The position numbers were made by a program, and so were the translations under genes. The notes under the pieces were generated by a model. That model was not told the origin of the DNA. It made no database searches and saw only the letters and a program-made list of their open reading frames with translations. 64,000 nucleotides of DNA, taken from an uncultured Acidobacteriota bacterium (GTDB lineage Bacteria > Acidobacteriota > Thermoanaerobaculia > Gp7-AA8). The stretch is taken from positions 646,603 to 710,602 of the forward strand of contig CAWGEI010000005.1 in the NCBI GenBank assembly GCA_963821585.1. Reading direction: 5' to 3'. Positions 34,391-44,584 of this stretch are shown here, one piece after another (positions within the stretch are counted from its first letter, which is position 1; the number at the start of each line of letters is the position of its first letter).

Positions 34391-36464
34391 ATGCCGTTCC
34401 GCGAAGATGCGAATGCACTGATTCAGCAAAAGAAGTTCGACGATCTCGAGGCCCTCTGGCTCGATCAGATCGAAAAGGACCCCACCGACGCCGACACGTT
34501 CATCAACGCGGCGAAGGCTCTGCGCAAGGCCGAGCAGCGCACGCAGTCGGACACGCTCCTCGGTCTCCTCGCCGACACCCTCAAGGAGCGCAAGCTCTGG
34601 CCACAGCGGCTGCACGTGCTCAAGGAGATCGGCCGCCTCTCGAAGCATCCCGCCACCCTCCGCCCGCAGATCGAAGAAGCTCTCCGCAAATCCCTCGGGG
34701 AGCACAAGAGCTTCGCGCGCACCTTCAAGTTCGCGAACTACGGCGACCCCCAGAGCAATCCCGTCGAGCGCGCCGACAAGATCGAGACCTGGCTCACGTA
34801 CGACGAAGGGGAGTGCTTCTTCATGACCGGCCGCGGCGCGGGACGGGTCACGGAGCTGAATCCGGAGCTCGGCATCTGCCGCCTCGATTTCGAGAACGAC
34901 AAGCGCGTCTCCGTCCCCCTCGGCGCCGCTGCGAAGTACCTCATCCCGCTGCCCGAAGGCCACGTCCTGCGCGAGAAGTTCACCGATCCCGAGGGCGCGA
35001 AGAAGCAGGCGAAAGACTCGCCATCCGAATTCTTCGCGCGCATCCTCCAGAGCTTCGGACGTCCGATGGTGATGCCCGAGGTACGCGACTCCGTCATCGG
35101 CATCGTGCCGGAAGGGAAGTGGAGCACGTGGTGGACGAACGCGCGGAAGAACCCGCAGATCGTCACCAGCGGCACCGGCGCCAAGGCCACCTACGCGTTC
35201 GCGGGATCGAGCTCCGACGCCGAGGCCGTGATCCGGCGCGACTTCGAGCGCGCGGACGTCAAGGCCAAGCTCGACCTCGCGCGGAAGCACTCCGGCCGGA
35301 ACCAGGCCCTCGCAGACACCTTCGCGTCCGCGCTCGCCGGTGAGGCCGGACGCCTGGCGCGCACGGACGCGTCCACCGCGTGGCAGATCCTCGCGACCCT
35401 CGAGTCGCTGCCCGGCAACTTCGAAGCGCCGTTCGAATCCAACGCTCTGCTCATGGGGCCCACGGCCTCGCGCACGGTCTCCGGCATCAACGACAAGGCC
35501 CTGCGCGAGCGCGCGCTCGCGGTCGTGCGTGAGGTCCACGAAGACTGGCCGAAGGTGTACAGCGAGGCGTTCTTCCTCGAATCCGAGCCGCGCTTCCTCA
35601 CCAACATCGTGACGGCCCTCGAAGAAGCGGGCCGTCCGGAGATGCGCGACCGCCTGGTCGACATGACTCTCCGCTACCCGCGGCGCTACCCGCACGCGTT
35701 CTACTGGTACGCGAAACGCCTCGCGGACGACGAGTCGCTCGGCGAGCGCGCGAACTACGCGCTCCTCTTCCAGATCCTCGACGCGCTCACGCACGACGAA
35801 TTCTCCGGAAGCCGCGCGCGGCTCAAGGAGATGTTCGAGAAGGGCGGCCTCGCGGTGCGCATCGTGATGCGCGAGGACAACGAGGAGCAGGCCCGCAAGC
35901 TCGTCGACACGCTCGAACGCTACGGCGCGCTCGAGGAGTACCGCCGCGACATCGTCCGTCAGGCGGCGCTGATGAAGTTTCCGACGCTGCGCGAGCCGCA
36001 GCAGGAGCCGGTGTACGCGACCGCGGAGTCGCTGGAGAAGAAGCGCGGCGAGCTCCAGCACCTCAAGAACGTCGAGATCCCGGCGAACTCGAAGGCGCTG
36101 CAGGCCGCGCGGGAGATGGGCGATCTGCGCGAGAACTTCGAGTACAAGGCCGCGCGGACGCGGGCCGAGTTCCTCTCCGCGCGCGTCGGCGAGCTGGCCT
36201 CCGAGATCTCCCGCGTGCGGGTGCTCGACGCGTCGCAGCTCGATGCGAGCGTCGTGCGCGTCGGGACGAAGGTCGAGCTCTCGAACGGCGACGCCCGCCG
36301 CGAAGTCACGATCCTCGGGCCCTGGGAGTCCGACCCCGAGCGCGGCGTGTACTCGAATCAGTCCGAGGTGGCCGGGCAAGCTCATGGGCCACGCTTCGGG
36401 GGACATCGTGACCTTCATGGGGAACGATTACCAGATCGAGTCCATCCGGAAGTGGAACGAGTGA
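34391..36464 (+). CDS. long GreA/GreB-domain protein (~690 aa) with one +1 frame shift near the 3' end
   Basis: C-terminal GDLRENFEYKAARTRAEFLSARVGELASEISRVRVLD (Gre coiled coil). After a shift at about 36377 (extra G in GCCGGGCAAG) it continues in ORF 36243 frame as KLMGHASGDIVTFMGNDYQIESIRKWNE. The ~560-aa N-terminal region is unassigned. Confidence 0.65.
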
Positions 36465-36509
36465 CGTAAAATGGCGCCCCCTTGACGGGTGCCGGAGGAA
36501 TCGTCCGAG

Positions 36510-36776
36510 ATGACCTATGTGATTGCAGAACCGTGCGTGAACACGAAAGATACCGCCTGCGTCGACGTCTGTCCGGTCGACTGCATCCATCCCCGCAAGG
36601 ATGAGTCGGACTTCGAGTCCTACACCATGCTCTACATCGACCCCGAGGTCTGCATCGACTGCGGGGCGTGCGAGCCGGCGTGCCCGGTCCAGGCCATCTT
36701 CCCGGCCGACCTGGTGCCTGACCAGTGGAAGCACTACACCGAGATCAATGCGGACTGGTACAAGGCCAAAACGTGA
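36510..36776 (+). CDS. ferredoxin (7Fe-type, [3Fe-4S][4Fe-4S])
   Basis: MTYVIAEPCVNTKDTACVDVCPVDCIH ... CIDCGACEPACPVQAI. GGAGGA RBS. Confidence 0.85.
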   Translation: MTYVIAEPCVNTKDTACVDVCPVDCIHPRKDESDFESYTMLYIDPEVCIDCGACEPACPVQAIFPADLVPDQWKHYTEINADWYKAKT

Positions 36777-36858
36777 AAATGTGATCGGGCTCACGTTTTG
36801 GTCCGGGGTCGTGGTATAGATTCGCCCTCGGGTTTGAGACAGCGCCGGAAACGGCAAC

Positions 36859-36885
36859 AAAGGGGCGTAGTGCCCCTTTTCTTTT
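36859..36885 (+). terminator. Rho-independent terminator
   Basis: AAAGGGGC-GTAG-TGCCCCTTTTCTTTT. Confidence 0.7.
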
Positions 36886-36889
36886 GGTA

Positions 36890-37084
36890 GTACAGCTCTT
36901 TGAGACGTCGATCGAGACCCTTCAGTTTGCGCCCACCTCGGACCCAACCACGGAAGAGCGGGCGAATGGGCGTGCCTCCGTGGAATTGCTGAAGCTACCT
37001 CTCTCTCTCTGCAACGCGAGCCGGAGGGTCTCGATGGGCGTCTGAAACAAAGGCGGGCTTAACGGCCCGTCCTTTTTTGTTTTA
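36890..37084 (+). ncRNA. candidate structured small RNA bracketed by two terminators
   Basis: GAGACGTCGATCGAGACCCT (36902-21) pairs with AGGGTCTCGATGGGCGTCTG (37025-44). Inner helices: CTTCAG/CTGAAG and CCACGGA/TCCGTGG. Unpaired CCTCTCTCTCTCT stretch at 36998-37010. Ends in GGCGGGCTTAACGGCCCGTCC plus TTTTTTGTTTT. No family recognised. Confidence 0.3.
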
Positions 37085-38633
37085 CCGTCCCTTCAACATC
37101 CCGAAGATCCCCCGCACGATCTGCTGCGTCACCGTCCGGGTCGCCTGGCGCGCGACGTTGTTCATCGTCCGCTCCAGCACGGTCGTCCGCGGCCGGGCAG
37201 GTGCCGCCCTTCGTCGCGGTGCGCGCGACGTCTGCCGCCACTCGAAATCGTCCGAGCTCGCCGGCTCCGGTTTTTCTTCCGCCGCCGCGGCCGCCGCGCT
37301 CTCGAGCTTCTTCTGCAGGATCTCGTGCGCGCTCTCGCGGTTGATCGCCGTCGCGTACTTCGGCGCGATCGGCGACGCCGACATCGTCCGCGCGTACTGC
37401 GCGTCGTCCACCGCGGTCATCGCCGCCGACGGAGCCAGGATCTGCACCGCGGCGACCGGCGTCGGGATGCCTTTCGGATCGAGCACGGTCACCAGCGCCT
37501 CGCCGATGCCGAGGGTCGTCAGGCTCTCGGCGACGTTCACGTAAGGGCTCTGCGGGAACGTCGACGCCGTGGCCTTGACGTTCTTCGCGTCCTTCGGCGT
37601 GAACGCGCGGATCGCGTGCTGCACGCGGTTGCCGAGCTGCGCCAGCACGTCCTCGTCGACGTCCTTCGGCGTCTGGGTGATGAAGAAGACGCCGATGCCC
37701 TTCGAGCGGATCAGCCGCGCCACCTGCTCGATGTGCTGCACGAGCGCGGACGACGCGTCGTCGAAGAGCTGGTGCGCCTCGTCGAAGAAGAACACGAGCT
37801 TCGGCTTGTCCGCGATCCCCCACCTCGGGCATCCGATAGTAGAACTGCCCGAGGAGCCACATGAGGAAGGTGGAGTAGAGGCGGGGCTTGTCCTGCACGT
37901 CGGCCAGCGAGAGGATGTTCACCACGCCCTTGCCGTTCACCACGCGCAGCAGGTCGTTCATGTCCAGCTCCGGCTCGCCGAAGAACTTCGACGCGCCCTG
38001 CTGCTCCAGCTCGACCATCTTCCGCACCAGCACGCCGACCGTCGCGGACGACATCCCGCCGTAGTTCTTCAGGTCTTCCTTGCCGTCGGTGGTGAGGTAG
38101 TTCAGCACGCCGCGGAGGTCGTCGAAGTCGAGGAGCGGCATCTTCCGGTCGTCGCAGTATTTGAAGACCATCGCCAGCACGCTCTGCTGCACCTCGGTCA
38201 GATCCAGGACCTTGCCGAGGAGAATCGGCCCGAAGGACGAGATGGTCGCGCGCAGCTGAATGCCGCGATTGCCGGTGAGGCTGAAGAACTCGGCCGGGAA
38301 CGACTCCGGCGTGTGCGTACGGCCGACCGCGGCCGCGCGCTGTACGAGCCGCTCGCTCGCCTCGCCCGCGATGCTCATGCCGGCGAGATCGCCCTTCACG
38401 TCGGCGAGGAACACCGGCACGCCCGCACGCGAGAGTCCTTCCGCGAGGAGCTGCAGCGTGCGCGTCTTACCCGTGCCCGTCGAGCCGGCGATCATCCCGT
38501 GCCGGTTCATCATCCGCAGCGGAATGCGGATCGGCAGCTCGCCCGTGGGGCTCCCGTCGCGCAGCACATAGCCGACGTCGATGGCGGGCTCGGGGAAGCC
38601 GTAGGCGGATTTGTAGGTCTCGTCGAAGGTCAT
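37082..38633 (-). CDS. HerA-like ATPase (DUF853/YjgR family), one +1 frame shift
   Basis: N-terminal part from ORF 37059..38633 (NRHGMIAGSTGTGKTRTLQLLAEGLSRAGVPVFLADVKGDLAGMS). C-terminal part in ORF 37082..37795 (FFFDEAHQLFDDASSALVQHIEQVARLIRSKGIGVFFITQTPKDV). Junction near 37800-37830. Confidence 0.75.
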
Positions 38634-38645
38634 GCGGTGATTAAA

Positions 38646-38747
38646 CCCCGAGCGAGCGAAGCGAGTCGAGGGGTCGGCTTAGCACCTGCGAAGCGCGCGC
38701 GGCGTAAATGCTAAGCTGGCCCCTCGACTCGCTCCGCTCGCTCGGGG
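38646..38747. repeat. ~100-bp near-perfect palindrome in a divergent promoter region
   Basis: CCCCGAGCGAGCGAAGCGAGTCGAGGGGTCGGCTTAGCA ... TGCTAAGCTGGCCCCTCGACTCGCTCCGCTCGCTCGGGG. Confidence 0.85.
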
Positions 38748-38761
38748 CTGATTGAGGGCGT

Positions 38762-39635
38762 ATGAAGATCGGATTCATCGGACTGGGCGCCATGGGCTAC
38801 CCGATGGCGCGCCATCTCGCGAAGGAGCACGAAGTCGTCGTCTGGAACCGGACGCGCGAGAAAGCGGAGCGCCACGCGCGCGAGCACGGAACGACGCTGG
38901 CGAACGACCTCGCCGCCGTTGCGGATGCGGAGGTCATCATCACGATCCTGCCGACGTCGAAAGAGGTCGACGAGATCGTCGGCCAGCTCGAGCCGCACCT
39001 GAAGAAAGGCACGCTCTGGATCGACGCGACGAGCGGCGATCCGAACGTGAGCCGCGAGACCGCGTGCCGCCTGGCCGGGAAGGGCGTGGAGTTCGTCGAC
39101 GCACCGGTTACGGGCGCGGTGGTCGGCGCGGAGAACGCGACGCTGACGATCATGATCGGCGGGACGCCGGAGAACTTCGAGCGCGCTCGCGAGATCCTGC
39201 AAACTGAATGGCAAGACGCTCATCCACGTCGGCCCGGTCGGCGCCGGCCACGCGATCAAGGTCCTGACGAACACGATCATGGGCGCCACGGTCTGGATCA
39301 CCTCGGAGTGCCTGCTCCTCGCGAAGCAGTTCGGAATCGACATGAAGACGGCGCTGGAAGTGACGAACGCCGGCAGCGGACGCTCGAACGCCAGCGAGAA
39401 CCTCCTGCCGATGCGCCTGCGCGACGGCAAGTGGCCGCTGGTATTCAAGCTGCTCCATCACGACAAGGACATCCGCATCGCCGCGTCGCTGTCGCATCAG
39501 CAGCACGCCGCGACGCCGATGCTCGCGCTGACGCAGCACCTCTTCTCGGGCGCGCTGAATCAGCTCGGCGACGGCGCGGATTACATCGAGGTGGCGAAGA
39601 TCGTGGCGCAGATGAACGGCACGAGCTGGGATTGA
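38762..39635 (+). CDS. NAD(P)-dependent oxidoreductase, 3-hydroxyisobutyrate dehydrogenase family, one +1 frame shift
   Basis: MKIGFIGLGAMGYPMARHL... continues to about 39200. It resumes as NGKTLIHVGPVGAGHAIKVLTNTIMGATVW... in ORF 39279 frame, ending at 39635. Confidence 0.75.
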
Positions 39636-39655
39636 GCGACAATGAACCGTCTTCG

Positions 39656-40477
39656 ATGAGTCCTCGCGTCACCGTCATCATCGCGACGTACAACTGGAGC
39701 TCGGTGCTCCCGTACTCGATCGGGAGCGTGCTCGGGCAGACCTTCTCCGATTTCGAGCTGCTGGTGATCGGTGACGGCTGTACGGACGATTCGGAGGAGG
39801 TCGTCCGCGGCATCGGCGATCCGCGCGTGCGGTGGATCAACATCCTCCGCCACGGCCACCAGAGCGGTCCGAACAACGAGGGGATCCGCGTCGCGCGCGG
39901 TGAGCACATCGCCTACCTCGGCCACGACGATCTCTGGCTGCCGCACCATCTCGAAGTGCTCGTGCCGGCGCTCGACGCCGGTGCGGATGTCGCGCACTCG
40001 ACGATCGCTCTCGTCTGGCCGGACGGCAAGCGGCAGGCCGCAACGCTGTTTCCGTCAGGGACGATGCATCGCCGCTCGATGATCGACGTCGCCGGCGGCT
40101 GGCGCGACTACCGCGCGATCAAGGTCTTTCCGGAGTGGGATCTCTGGCAACGCGCGCGGGAAGCCGGCCTGCGGTTCACGTTCGTGCCGCGGCTGACCGG
40201 AATCAAGCTCTCGGCGGGGGCGCGCCGAGGGGTCTATCGGGAGCGTCCGTCGCACGAGCAGGCGGCGTGGCTGGCGCGCATCCGGTCCGAGCCGGATCTG
40301 GAGATGACGGAGCTGGTGAGCATGGCCATGCGCGAGATCCGCCCGACGATTCCGGAGCGGCTCCTGCGGCTGATGGTGCAGCCGTGGCGGCTGCCGGGCG
40401 TGGTGTGGCGGCGCATCCGGCCGCAGAAAGGCGCTCTCGTCCGGCAGCTTCAGCGTTACAAGGGAGTTCGCGGCTGA
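39656..40477 (+). CDS. glycosyltransferase family 2
   Basis: VTVIIATYNWSSVLPYSIGSVLGQTFSDFELLVIGDGCTDDS and YLGHDDLWLP (DxD-type). Confidence 0.8.
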   Translation: MSPRVTVIIATYNWSSVLPYSIGSVLGQTFSDFELLVIGDGCTDDSEEVVRGIGDPRVRWINILRHGHQSGPNNEGIRVARGEHIAYLGHDDLWLPHHLEVLVPALDAGADVAHSTIALVWPDGKRQAATLFPSGTMHRRSMIDVAGGWRDYRAIKVFPEWDLWQRAREAGLRFTFVPRLTGIKLSAGARRGVYRERPSHEQAAWLARIRSEPDLEMTELVSMAMREIRPTIPERLLRLMVQPWRLPGVVWRRIRPQKGALVRQLQRYKGVRG

Positions 40478-40498
40478 CGAGTGGTTGAGGAGAAAGTG

Positions 40499-41059
40499 AT
40501 GCTTCAAGGTGCACAGAAAGACCCGCAGATCGTCACCAGTGACTGGCAGAAGATCGGCTCCGGCATCGACGGTGTGGTGATGCGCGAAGTGCTGCACGTC
40601 CCGCGCGACCACGGCATCATCACCGAGTCCTACCGGCGCGAATGGGACCCCACCGGCCTGCCGGTCGTCCACATCTACCAGTCCCGCCTGTTCCCCGGCG
40701 CGATCGGCGCGTGGAGCTGCCACATGAAATCGGTCGACCGCCTGTTCGTCAATCAGGGACACCTGAAGGTCGTGCTCTACGACGGCCGCGACGAGAGCCC
40801 GACGCACGGCATGCTGAAGGAGTATCACGTCGGCGACGCGCGCCCGACGTTCATCGTCCTCCCGACCGGCATCTGGCACGGCCTCCAGAACCTCGGCACG
40901 AGCGACGCCCTGGTGCTCAACTTCCCGACAGCTGGCCTACGACTACGAAGACCCCGACCACTGGCGATTGCCGTACGACTCGGACCAGATCCCGTACGCA
41001 TGGCACGCGTCGGAGGGGACGAGGTTCAGGGCGGACGCAAAGCGGGGCGTCGTAACGTA
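40499..41059 (+). CDS. RmlC-like cupin (dTDP-4-dehydrorhamnose 3,5-epimerase-like), one +1 frame shift near the 3' end
   Basis: GAGGAG RBS. GAWSCHMKSVDRLFVNQGHLKVVLYDGRDESPTHG...LPTGIWHGLQNLG. After about 40925 the frame continues as QLAYDYEDPDHWRLPYDSDQIPYAW... to the TAG at 41057-59. Confidence 0.65.
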
Positions 41060-41165
41060 GGGCGTGGCTTCAGCCCGCCCCTCGGGCGAACGGACCCTTC
41101 ACGTGAACCGTACCGGCGCACCCGGGGGGCGGGCTGAAGCCAGGGGCTGAAGCCACGCCCTACGT
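41055..41165. repeat. D-type palindrome between convergent gene ends
   Basis: ACGTAGGGCGTGGCTTCAGCCCGCCCC ... GGGGCGGGCTGAAGCCAGGGGCTGAAGCCACGCCCTACGT. Overlaps both stop codons. Confidence 0.8.
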
Positions 41166-41938
41166 CAGTACCCCCGATACTGCCCGCCGTCCACCAGCAC
41201 GGAGCTGCCCGTGACGAACGACGCGCGCTCGCTGCAGAGGAACGCGACGACGTCCGCGAGCTCGCTGGGCTGGCCGTAGCGGCCCAGGGGGATCGCGGTC
41301 ACGGCTTTGTCGGAGGTACTGCTGGGGGGTGATGCCCTGGTCTTTCGCGCGGATCTCGCTGAGCTGCTTCTGGCGGTCGGTGAGGAAGTGGCCGGGGAGG
41401 ACGGCGTTGACGAGGATGCCGTCCTTCGCGACCTGGTCGGCGAGCGTCTTGGTGAGGGCGGAGATGCCGGCGCGCAGCGTGGAGCTGACCGTGAGCAGCT
41501 CGGTCGGCTGCTTGGCGACGAACGACGTCAGGTGGACGATGCGTCCCCACTCCGCGCTGCTGCATGCCGGGGATGACGATCCGGCAGAGGCGTACGACGT
41601 TCAGCAGCGTCGAGTCGATGCCGCTCGGCCCACTGTTCCTCGGTCAGTTTGAGGAACGGCGCCGCGGGTGGGCCGCCGGTGTTGGTGACGAGGATGTCGA
41701 CCTGGCCGAAGCGCTCGATGGTGGCGTCGTACCAGCGCTGCAGGTCTTCGGCCTTCGAGACGTCGCAGGCGACGGACAAGGTCATCGCCGAGGGAGGGCG
41801 GACGGGCTCGAGGGGTCGGGAGCGCGAGCAGACCGACAGCCTGCACCCCTCGGCCGCCAGCGCCTCGGCGATCGCACGCCCGAGGCCCTTCGAGGCGGCG
41901 GCGACCATGGCGACGCGGTCGTTGATTCCGAGGTCCAT
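41165..41938 (-). pseudogene. SDR family oxidoreductase with at least 3 frame shifts
   Basis: MDLGINDRVAMVAAASKGLGRAIAEALAAEG... (ORF 41528..41938). Later segments ([50 protein letters not shown]; [41 protein letters not shown]) are read in other frames. Confidence 0.7.
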
Positions 41939-41954
41939 CGGGCTTGGACGATAT

Positions 41955-42129
41955 CATTGGAGTGCGGCGCCCACAGGACCGCCGCCGTCCCGGCGGCTGA
42001 TGTGGCGGCGTCCCGCGCCGCCACCTGGGTTGGGCGGGGGCGCGTGCCACGATGCGAGAGGCTCCGTTCTCCCGAGCGCCCGGGCGGCGGGGACGCCGCC
42101 CGAACAGCCGGCGGGACGCCAGCGCTCCG
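41955..42129. repeat. C-type element, full copy C3 (inverted relative to C1)
   Basis: The reverse complement aligns to C1 along both halves (…CGGAGCGCTGGCGTCCCGCCGGCTGTTCGGGCGGCGTCCCCGCCGCCCGGGCGCTCGGGAGAACGGAGCC…). Confidence 0.85.
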
Positions 42130-42188
42130 GCCGGCGTGGCGCCGGCACCACTTTTGAGACACACTCCTCCCACGCCACCGCACTCCCT

Positions 42189-42407
42189 ATGAACTGTCCC
42201 AATTGCAGCTCCGAGCGCACCCGCCGCGGCGGGAACGCCATCTGGCTCGTCTATCTCGTGCTGGTGGCCCTGGCCATCCCGGCCGTCCTGGTCTTCAAAA
42301 TGAACGCCGCGCTCGTGGCCGGGGTGATGATCGCCGTGGTCGTTCTGGCGCATCTCGTCCTGAATCAGCGGGTCTGCCTCGACTGCGGCCACCAGTGGAA
42401 GGGATGA
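42189..42407 (+). CDS. small zinc-ribbon membrane protein
   Basis: MNCPNCSS...two TM segments...CLDCGHQWKG (CxxC...CxxC). Confidence 0.5.
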   Translation: MNCPNCSSERTRRGGNAIWLVYLVLVALAIPAVLVFKMNAALVAGVMIAVVVLAHLVLNQRVCLDCGHQWKG

Positions 42408-42443
42408 CAATCTGAGGTATTCGTGTTAATTGGCCCGCGACTC

Positions 42444-44241
42444 ATGCCCGAGCCTTCAAAAATCCGTAATTTCTCGATCATCGCGCACATCGATCACGGC
42501 AAGACCACCTTGTCCGATCGCCTGCTGCAGATGACCGGCGCCGTCGAACAGCGGGAGATGCACGAGCAGATGCTCGATGACATGGACCTCGAGCGCGAGC
42601 GCGGCATCACCATCAAGGCCCGTGCGGTGATGCTCAAGTACCGGACGAAGGACGGGGAGGAGTACACCTTCAACCTCATCGACACCCCGGGCCACGTCGA
42701 CTTCACCTACGAAGTCTCGCGCAGCCTGGCGGCGTGCGAAGGGGCCATCCTGGTCGTCGACGCGACGCAGGGCGTCGAGGCCCAGACCCTCGCCAACAGC
42801 TACCTGGCCATCAACAACAACCTGGCCATCCTCCCGGTCATCAACAAGGTCGACCTTCCCTCGGCGGAGCCGGAGCGCGTCCGCGAGCAGATCGAGAACG
42901 TCATCGGACTCGACGCCCACGACGCCGTGCTGGCCTCGGCCAAGGCAGGCATCGGCGTCGCAGAGATCCTCGAGAAGATCATCACCCACATCCCGGCGCC
43001 GTCCGGGAATCCCGCGGGGGAGACGCGCGCGCTCCTGTTCGACTCCTGGTACGACCCGTATCGCGGCGTCGTCTGCATGGTGCGCGTGGTGGACGGCGAG
43101 CTGCGCAAGGGGCATGAAGGTCGTGTTCATGTCCACGGGCCGCGAGTACGAGGTCGCGGAGCTGGGCATCTTCACGCCGAAGCCGAAGGTCGTCGACTCC
43201 CTCGGCGTCGGCGAGGTCGGTTTCTTCTTCGCGAACATCCGCGACATCGTCCAGGCCAAGATCGGCGACACCATCGCCCAGGTGCGGCAGAACCCCGTGC
43301 CGCTGCCCGGCTTCCAGGAAGTGAAGCCGATGGTGTTCGCGGGCCTCTTCCCGATCAACACCGAGGACTACGAGAACCTCCGCGACGCGGTGGCGAAGCT
43401 GAAGCTCAACGACGCGTCGTTCTCCTACGAGCCCGAGAACTCCGTCGCCCTGGGCTTCGGTTTCCGCTGCGGCTTCCTCGGCCTCCTGCACATGGAGATC
43501 ATCCAGGAGCGGCTGGAGCGGGAGTTCAATCTCGAGCTGCTGACCACCGCGCCGGGCGCGCGCTACCGGGTGACCCTCACGGACGGCGAGGTCATCGAGG
43601 TCGAGAACCCGCAGAAGCTGCCCGACCCGTCGTACATCGCGATGATCGAGGAGCCGTTCTTCGAGGTCACGATCCTGAGCACCGACGAATTCGTCGGACC
43701 GATTCTCGCGCTGGCCATCGACCGCCGCGGCATCCAGAAGAAGCTGGAGTACGTCGCCGCGAACCGCGTGATGATCGTGTACGACATGCCGCTCAACGAA
43801 GTCATCCTCGACTTCTTCGACAAGCTCAAGTCGATCTCGCGCGGCTACGCGTCGCTCGACTATCAGTTCATCGGCTACCGCGAGAGCGATCTCGTGAAGA
43901 TGGACATCCTGGTCAACGGCGAGCCGCTGGACGCGCTGTCGCTGATCGTCCACAAGGACAAGGCTTTCCCGCGCGGCAAGATGCTCGTCGAGAAGATGAG
44001 GGAGTTCATCCCCCGCCAGATGTTCGAGGTCGCGCTGCAGGCGGCGATCGGCAACCGCATCGTCGCCCGCGAGACCGTGAAGGCGCTGCGCAAGAACGTC
44101 CTCGCGAAATGCTACGGCGGCGACATCTCCCGCAAGCGCAAGCTCCTCGAGAAGCAGAAGGAAGGCAAGAAGCGCATGAAGCGGGTGGGAAAAGTCGAGA
44201 TTCCGCAGGAAGCGTTCCTCGCGGTTCTGAAGATCGATTAG
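42444..44241 (+). CDS. lepA: translation elongation factor 4 (LepA), one +1 frame shift in a G run
   Basis: [22 protein letters not shown]...DTPGHVDF...NKVDLP (ORF 42423). At about 43105 (AAGGGGCATGAAG) the frame moves to ORF 43114 ([13 protein letters not shown]...[23 protein letters not shown]). Confidence 0.9.
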
Positions 44242-44248
44242 CGGCGCT

Positions 44249-44442
44249 CTGTCCTGCCGCCCGCTACGCGGGCTCATTCCCTCGCACCGCATGCGTTCCC
44301 CCGGCTGAAGCCGGGGTCTATTCCCTCGTGCCGCCTACGGCGGCGAGAGCTTCGCCTGCGTAGCAGGCTTCAGACAATAGACCCCGGCTTCAGCCGGGGA
44401 ACGGCGCGTCCCCAGCATGCAAGCCCGCGTAGCGGGCGACAG
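44249..44442. repeat. A-type element, copy A4
   Basis: CTGTCCTGCCGCCCGCTACGCGGGCTC ... AAGCCCGCGTAGCGGGCGACAG with the same inner blocks. Starts 8 nt after the lepA stop. Confidence 0.9.
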
Positions 44443-44584
44443 AGGTGAAACGCCCCGCCCCGGTCCCTCACTACATAGTGAGCCGTGACGCGCATCACGT
44501 TCATCAGAATCACTGGCACAGTTTCGGCTCAACGAAAAATTCGACGCCGCACGCGAAACGCGGCGTGAATGCGAGGGCCGACAC

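Noticed and set aside
36890-37084. Identity of the candidate RNA as SRP RNA, 6S RNA, tmRNA or RNase P RNA.
   Set aside because: I could not find the SRP helix-8 GGAA/AGCA motifs, a tmRNA tag ORF or tRNA-like end, or RNase P conserved regions. A 6S-like central bubble cannot be judged by eye. It is left as an unclassified candidate.
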